A stretch of DNA of 64,000 nucleotides, taken from positions 1 to 64,000 of the forward strand of contig JALHMH010000022.1 of assembly GCA_022844165.1 (NCBI GenBank), written 5' to 3'. Made by a program: the position numbers and the translations under genes. Of the stretch, positions 61,164 through 64,000 are shown in pieces. A model generated the notes under the pieces. It saw only the letters and a list, made by a program, of their open reading frames with translations, did no database searches and was not told where the DNA came from. The DNA is from Lysobacterales bacterium (lineage in GTDB: Bacteria; Pseudomonadota; Gammaproteobacteria; Xanthomonadales; SZUA-5). Within the stretch, counting starts at the first letter, position 1, and the number at the start of each line of letters is the position of its first letter.

Positions 61164-62627
61164 TCACGACGCGTCAATTCTGACAAAACCTTTCGTCAGA
61201 TTTTCTGCCAGAAGCTGTTCCGCAATCGCCGCAGCGCGAACATCATTGGTCGCGATATCGGTCGTGATCTTCAGGGGCTCAGCCCGCTTGGCCGAATAGT
61301 CGGTCCAGTAGATCAAGTAGGGAAACGGTACGTCGCCACCTTTGCGGACAACCACCAGCTTGCGCAACATTTCGCCTTTGGCATAAAGCTCGCGGCGCAC
61401 GATCTGTGTGTTTGCGCTGGCCTCGGCCGGTGTCGGCGGTTCGGCGCGATCGAGAATCTGCTCAATACGCGCGCCGCCGCTTTTCCATTCTTTGTCGTCG
61501 CGGAGTTTTTCGAATCGCGCGAACGACAGTCGCGGGCAGGGCGTCAAACCCAAAAATCGATAGCTGCCCTGATTCTCGTCCCAGGCGATCAGCTGCGTGC
61601 GCTGCTCGCGCCCACCTTCGGCCGCAATCAGATCTTCGCCGTGGATTTCGGCGATCAGCTTCGGTCGGACGAATTGTACGGCCCGGCCGGACGAGTCGGT
61701 CATGGCCAGCGGCGCATCTACCTTCAGCGGCCGCAGTTTGTCGAGCAAGGCGATGCGTTCTGCGTCGGTCAAACCCGAGCCCACGCGCACAAAGGTCTGC
61801 ACCAGCGCTTCGACCTCCGCACCGGGATACAGGAGCCCGGTCAGCATTGAGGTAACGCCATACTGGCCCTCGAACTCGCCCTCGACAAAGCCCATGACCA
61901 GCGCATCGACACTGCGATGCGGTTTGATTTTGAAGATCTCGGCGCGTGTCAACCGGCGAACGACAACGCCTTCGCCACCGGTATCCACGGCATGCGCAAA
62001 CGCCGCAGCCACACCGGTTTCGGGAACGACCTCCGCTGCTTGCGCGTGCACCGGCGCTGCACCATCCGTGCCGAATACCGATCGCAGTTTGTCAAGCGTT
62101 GTCTTGAAATCCGCCTGCTGCGCGCGCAGGTCTTTGCCATCGAGCATCACAATATCCAGCAGCGCGAGTTTGAGGCGTGCGATGTCCTCGTCGTTGCTGC
62201 CGAAACTGATGCGAATCACTTCGCTGACGCCGGAGCGGCGTGTGCTGTCGCCGCTTCGAGTCGTGTCCAAATACAGCTCGCAACGCAGTAGCGTGCGTTG
62301 AACACCAGCGGACTGAAGCTTCTGGGCGAGCGCATCCAGCGCAGGGAACCCTAAACGCACACGCCCGCCGGGGGCCGAAAAAGCGAAGGGCTCCTGGCCA
62401 TGCTGGTAATAAACGAACACGCCTTCGCCATCGTATTTGTGCGCCACCACCACCGGATCGCTGCCAGCAAAGCGTATCGGCAACTCTGCTGGCGACAGCG
62501 CCTGAATCTTGCGCATCACCTGATTCTCGAAATCGGTAGCGACAGCCATCAGCACATGGTCGCCGACGGCCCCGCCCGTGGCGATGCCATAGCGGCCACG
62601 CATGCTCAACTTGCTGCGATCGATCAT
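61164..62627 (-). CDS. Divergent ATP-dependent DNA ligase with WGR-like C-terminal domain
   Basis: Nucleotidyltransferase motifs I HKYDGEG, III LRCELY, IIIa LLDIVMLDG, IV EGVVVR, V FKIKP; OB fold VRVGSGLTD..VRPKLIAEI; motif VI SFARFEKLRDDK; AGGA RBS before the ATG at 62627. Confidence 0.85.
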   Translation of the reverse strand: MIDRSKLSMRGRYGIATGGAVGDHVLMAVATDFENQVMRKIQALSPAELPIRFAGSDPVVVAHKYDGEGVFVYYQHGQEPFAFSAPGGRVRLGFPALDALAQKLQSAGVQRTLLRCELYLDTTRSGDSTRRSGVSEVIRISFGSNDEDIARLKLALLDIVMLDGKDLRAQQADFKTTLDKLRSVFGTDGAAPVHAQAAEVVPETGVAAAFAHAVDTGGEGVVVRRLTRAEIFKIKPHRSVDALVMGFVEGEFEGQYGVTSMLTGLLYPGAEVEALVQTFVRVGSGLTDAERIALLDKLRPLKVDAPLAMTDSSGRAVQFVRPKLIAEIHGEDLIAAEGGREQRTQLIAWDENQGSYRFLGLTPCPRLSFARFEKLRDDKEWKSGGARIEQILDRAEPPTPAEASANTQIVRRELYAKGEMLRKLVVVRKGGDVPFPYLIYWTDYSAKRAEPLKITTDIATNDVRAAAIAEQLLAENLTKGFVRIDAS

Positions 62628-62674
62628 GTCTTGATTCCTGGTTCTTGTCTCAGACCATAGTCGCAATCTGTGGT

Positions 62675-63382
62675 CTATTCGATTTCCGCGGTGCTTCGCT
62701 CTGGCAGCTTCAATTCCTGATCCGACAGCAGCAGTAACAGCCGATAGCGTCCTTCGTGGTCGACCTCGCCGTGCAGAAATGCGCGATAGGCGGTCCCAGC
62801 CTCGCGAATGACGAGCGGCTGATTGCCCTTCGGTCCGGCCCCGAGCACCGCTACTTCACTCTTCTGCGCCAGGTCACGCGCCAGTGTTTGAAGAAATTCG
62901 TGCGTCAGTCCATCAACGTGCGCCAACTGCAGCGTTTGTTTGAACGCAAACTGCGTTAGCGCTTCGACGGCCGGCAGACGCTTGCCGAGTTTGACCGGAT
63001 GCAGCTCGTTCAAATTCGAATGTCGAACGAGATGAGGCCTCCTGACCTTTTCCTGATCGGACGCATCGTAGACGATATCGACGTCAGCGAAATCGCCGAT
63101 CGGTTTGGGCGCCGGATCCGCTGGATCAAACCATGCGGGCGTCACGCTATCGGCATCGATCGGCGTGCCCGCGAGCGCCAAATCCAGCTCCGGATCCCCA
63201 GCCACAAGCGCGGCAAAGTCAACCGCCGCGTTCTTGCGCGCACCGGTCACAAGGCGCGAAGTCGACACCTCTCCTGCGCTGGTGAAATTGCGGGCCAGCA
63301 CTTTGGGCTTTTCCGGCGGCAACCCGTGCAGATCAACGCGCGCGCTCTTGCCTTGGTATTCGAGGTGCAGAGTAATAGGCAT
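62675..63382 (-). CDS. Hypothetical protein, possible Ku-like beta-barrel protein (B)
   Basis: Co-oriented between two clustered genes. The C-terminal half (FAFKQTLQL..THEFLQTLARDLAQKSEVAVL..LVIR..YRAFL..YRLLLLLSDQELKLP) follows the Ku-core pattern by eye. Confidence 0.65.
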   Translation of the reverse strand: MPITLHLEYQGKSARVDLHGLPPEKPKVLARNFTSAGEVSTSRLVTGARKNAAVDFAALVAGDPELDLALAGTPIDADSVTPAWFDPADPAPKPIGDFADVDIVYDASDQEKVRRPHLVRHSNLNELHPVKLGKRLPAVEALTQFAFKQTLQLAHVDGLTHEFLQTLARDLAQKSEVAVLGAGPKGNQPLVIREAGTAYRAFLHGEVDHEGRYRLLLLLSDQELKLPERSTAEIE

Positions 63383-63472
63383 AAATGTGGGTCCGTTTGG
63401 TACCTTTGACTGACGATCGGGAACGTCAGACGCCGGTCTTGAAGTCATCGCTACGAGCGCAAAATCAGGCCG

Positions 63473-64000
63473 TTACACCATCGAAAAATCCAGATCATCG
63501 GCGTCATCGCTTTCGCCTTCGGCGTCGAAGAAATCGTATGCAACGGACAGGCTCAAGAAGGTGCTGCGCTTGCCGATGCCAGTAAGCAGAAACGCCTGAT
63601 CGCTGCGCACCAGCAGCAGAGCGTCCTTCGGGCTATGGCTCTTCCGATAGTTGAACGTGGTTCGGTACAGCCCAGGACCCAATCCGGAACCTGTCAACGG
63701 ATACACATCGGTGACCTGGAACGTGGCCAGCTCACTCATCGACACGGCTTCCAAGGGCGATTCGACATCGAAGGAACTGGGCTTCAGTTCGGCGGGCTGA
63801 TCGTCGATCAGTGTTCGCACTTCTTCAACCGGCGAGCCGTCGGGATCGGCCTTCAATGTCGATACAGCATTCGTGGGCAGGAGCCGCCCGTCGGCCAATA
63901 AAATGCCGCGACTGAGCGGCTTGCCGTCCTTTTCGGCGATGCGTTTTGCGTAACCGTACAGCGCCTTCTTATCGACTTTCGCGCCGATTTCGAAGCAGAT
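63473..64000 (-). CDS. Hypothetical protein, possible Ku-like protein (A), 5'-partial, with an acidic C-terminal tail
   Basis: The frame stays open to the window edge: ICFEIGAKVDKKALYGYAKRIAEKDGKPLSRGILLADG...DVYPL..GLYRTTFNYRKS..ALLL..AFLLTG...DDADDLDFSMV. Confidence 0.65.
   Translation of the reverse strand: MCFEIGAKVDKKALYGYAKRIAEKDGKPLSRGILLADGRLLPTNAVSTLKADPDGSPVEEVRTLIDDQPAELKPSSFDVESPLEAVSMSELATFQVTDVYPLTGSGLGPGLYRTTFNYRKSHSPKDALLLVRSDQAFLLTGIGKRSTFLSLSVAYDFFDAEGESDDADDLDFSMV

Overview
GC-rich bacterial chromosomal segment. Gene content and order suggest a Xanthomonadales/Lysobacterales-type gammaproteobacterium (inference). The left end (1-6.8 kb) is an accessory polymorphic-toxin locus: the right end of an IS66-like element, a decaying array of orphan toxin/immunity modules, and an Rhs protein with a NucA/NucB-type DNase tip plus an SMI1/KNR4 immunity gene. 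The middle is mostly core genome: nei, putA, comEC, a GGDEF protein, ybdL-yafV, frr-uppS-cdsA-dxr-rseP-bamA-skp-lpxD-fabZ-lpxA-lpxB-rnhB, bdh, gap, gltP, ilvA, ubiH/ubiF-like, hflKC, crcB, rarA and miaB-phoH-ybeY. It is interspersed with many exported hydrolases, a TIR-bounded MITE-like element and a modular dispersed palindromic repeat. The best candidate for an undescribed system is at the right end (61.1-64 kb, running off the window): a divergent ATP-dependent DNA ligase with a WGR-like C-terminal domain, preceded by two dissimilar proteins that read like Ku beta-barrel proteins, i.e. a possible heterodimeric-Ku end-joining system. A short (I/L/V)FxxGFE-type peptide tag recurs in four unrelated proteins. 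All family calls come from motif reading by eye; no database searches were run.
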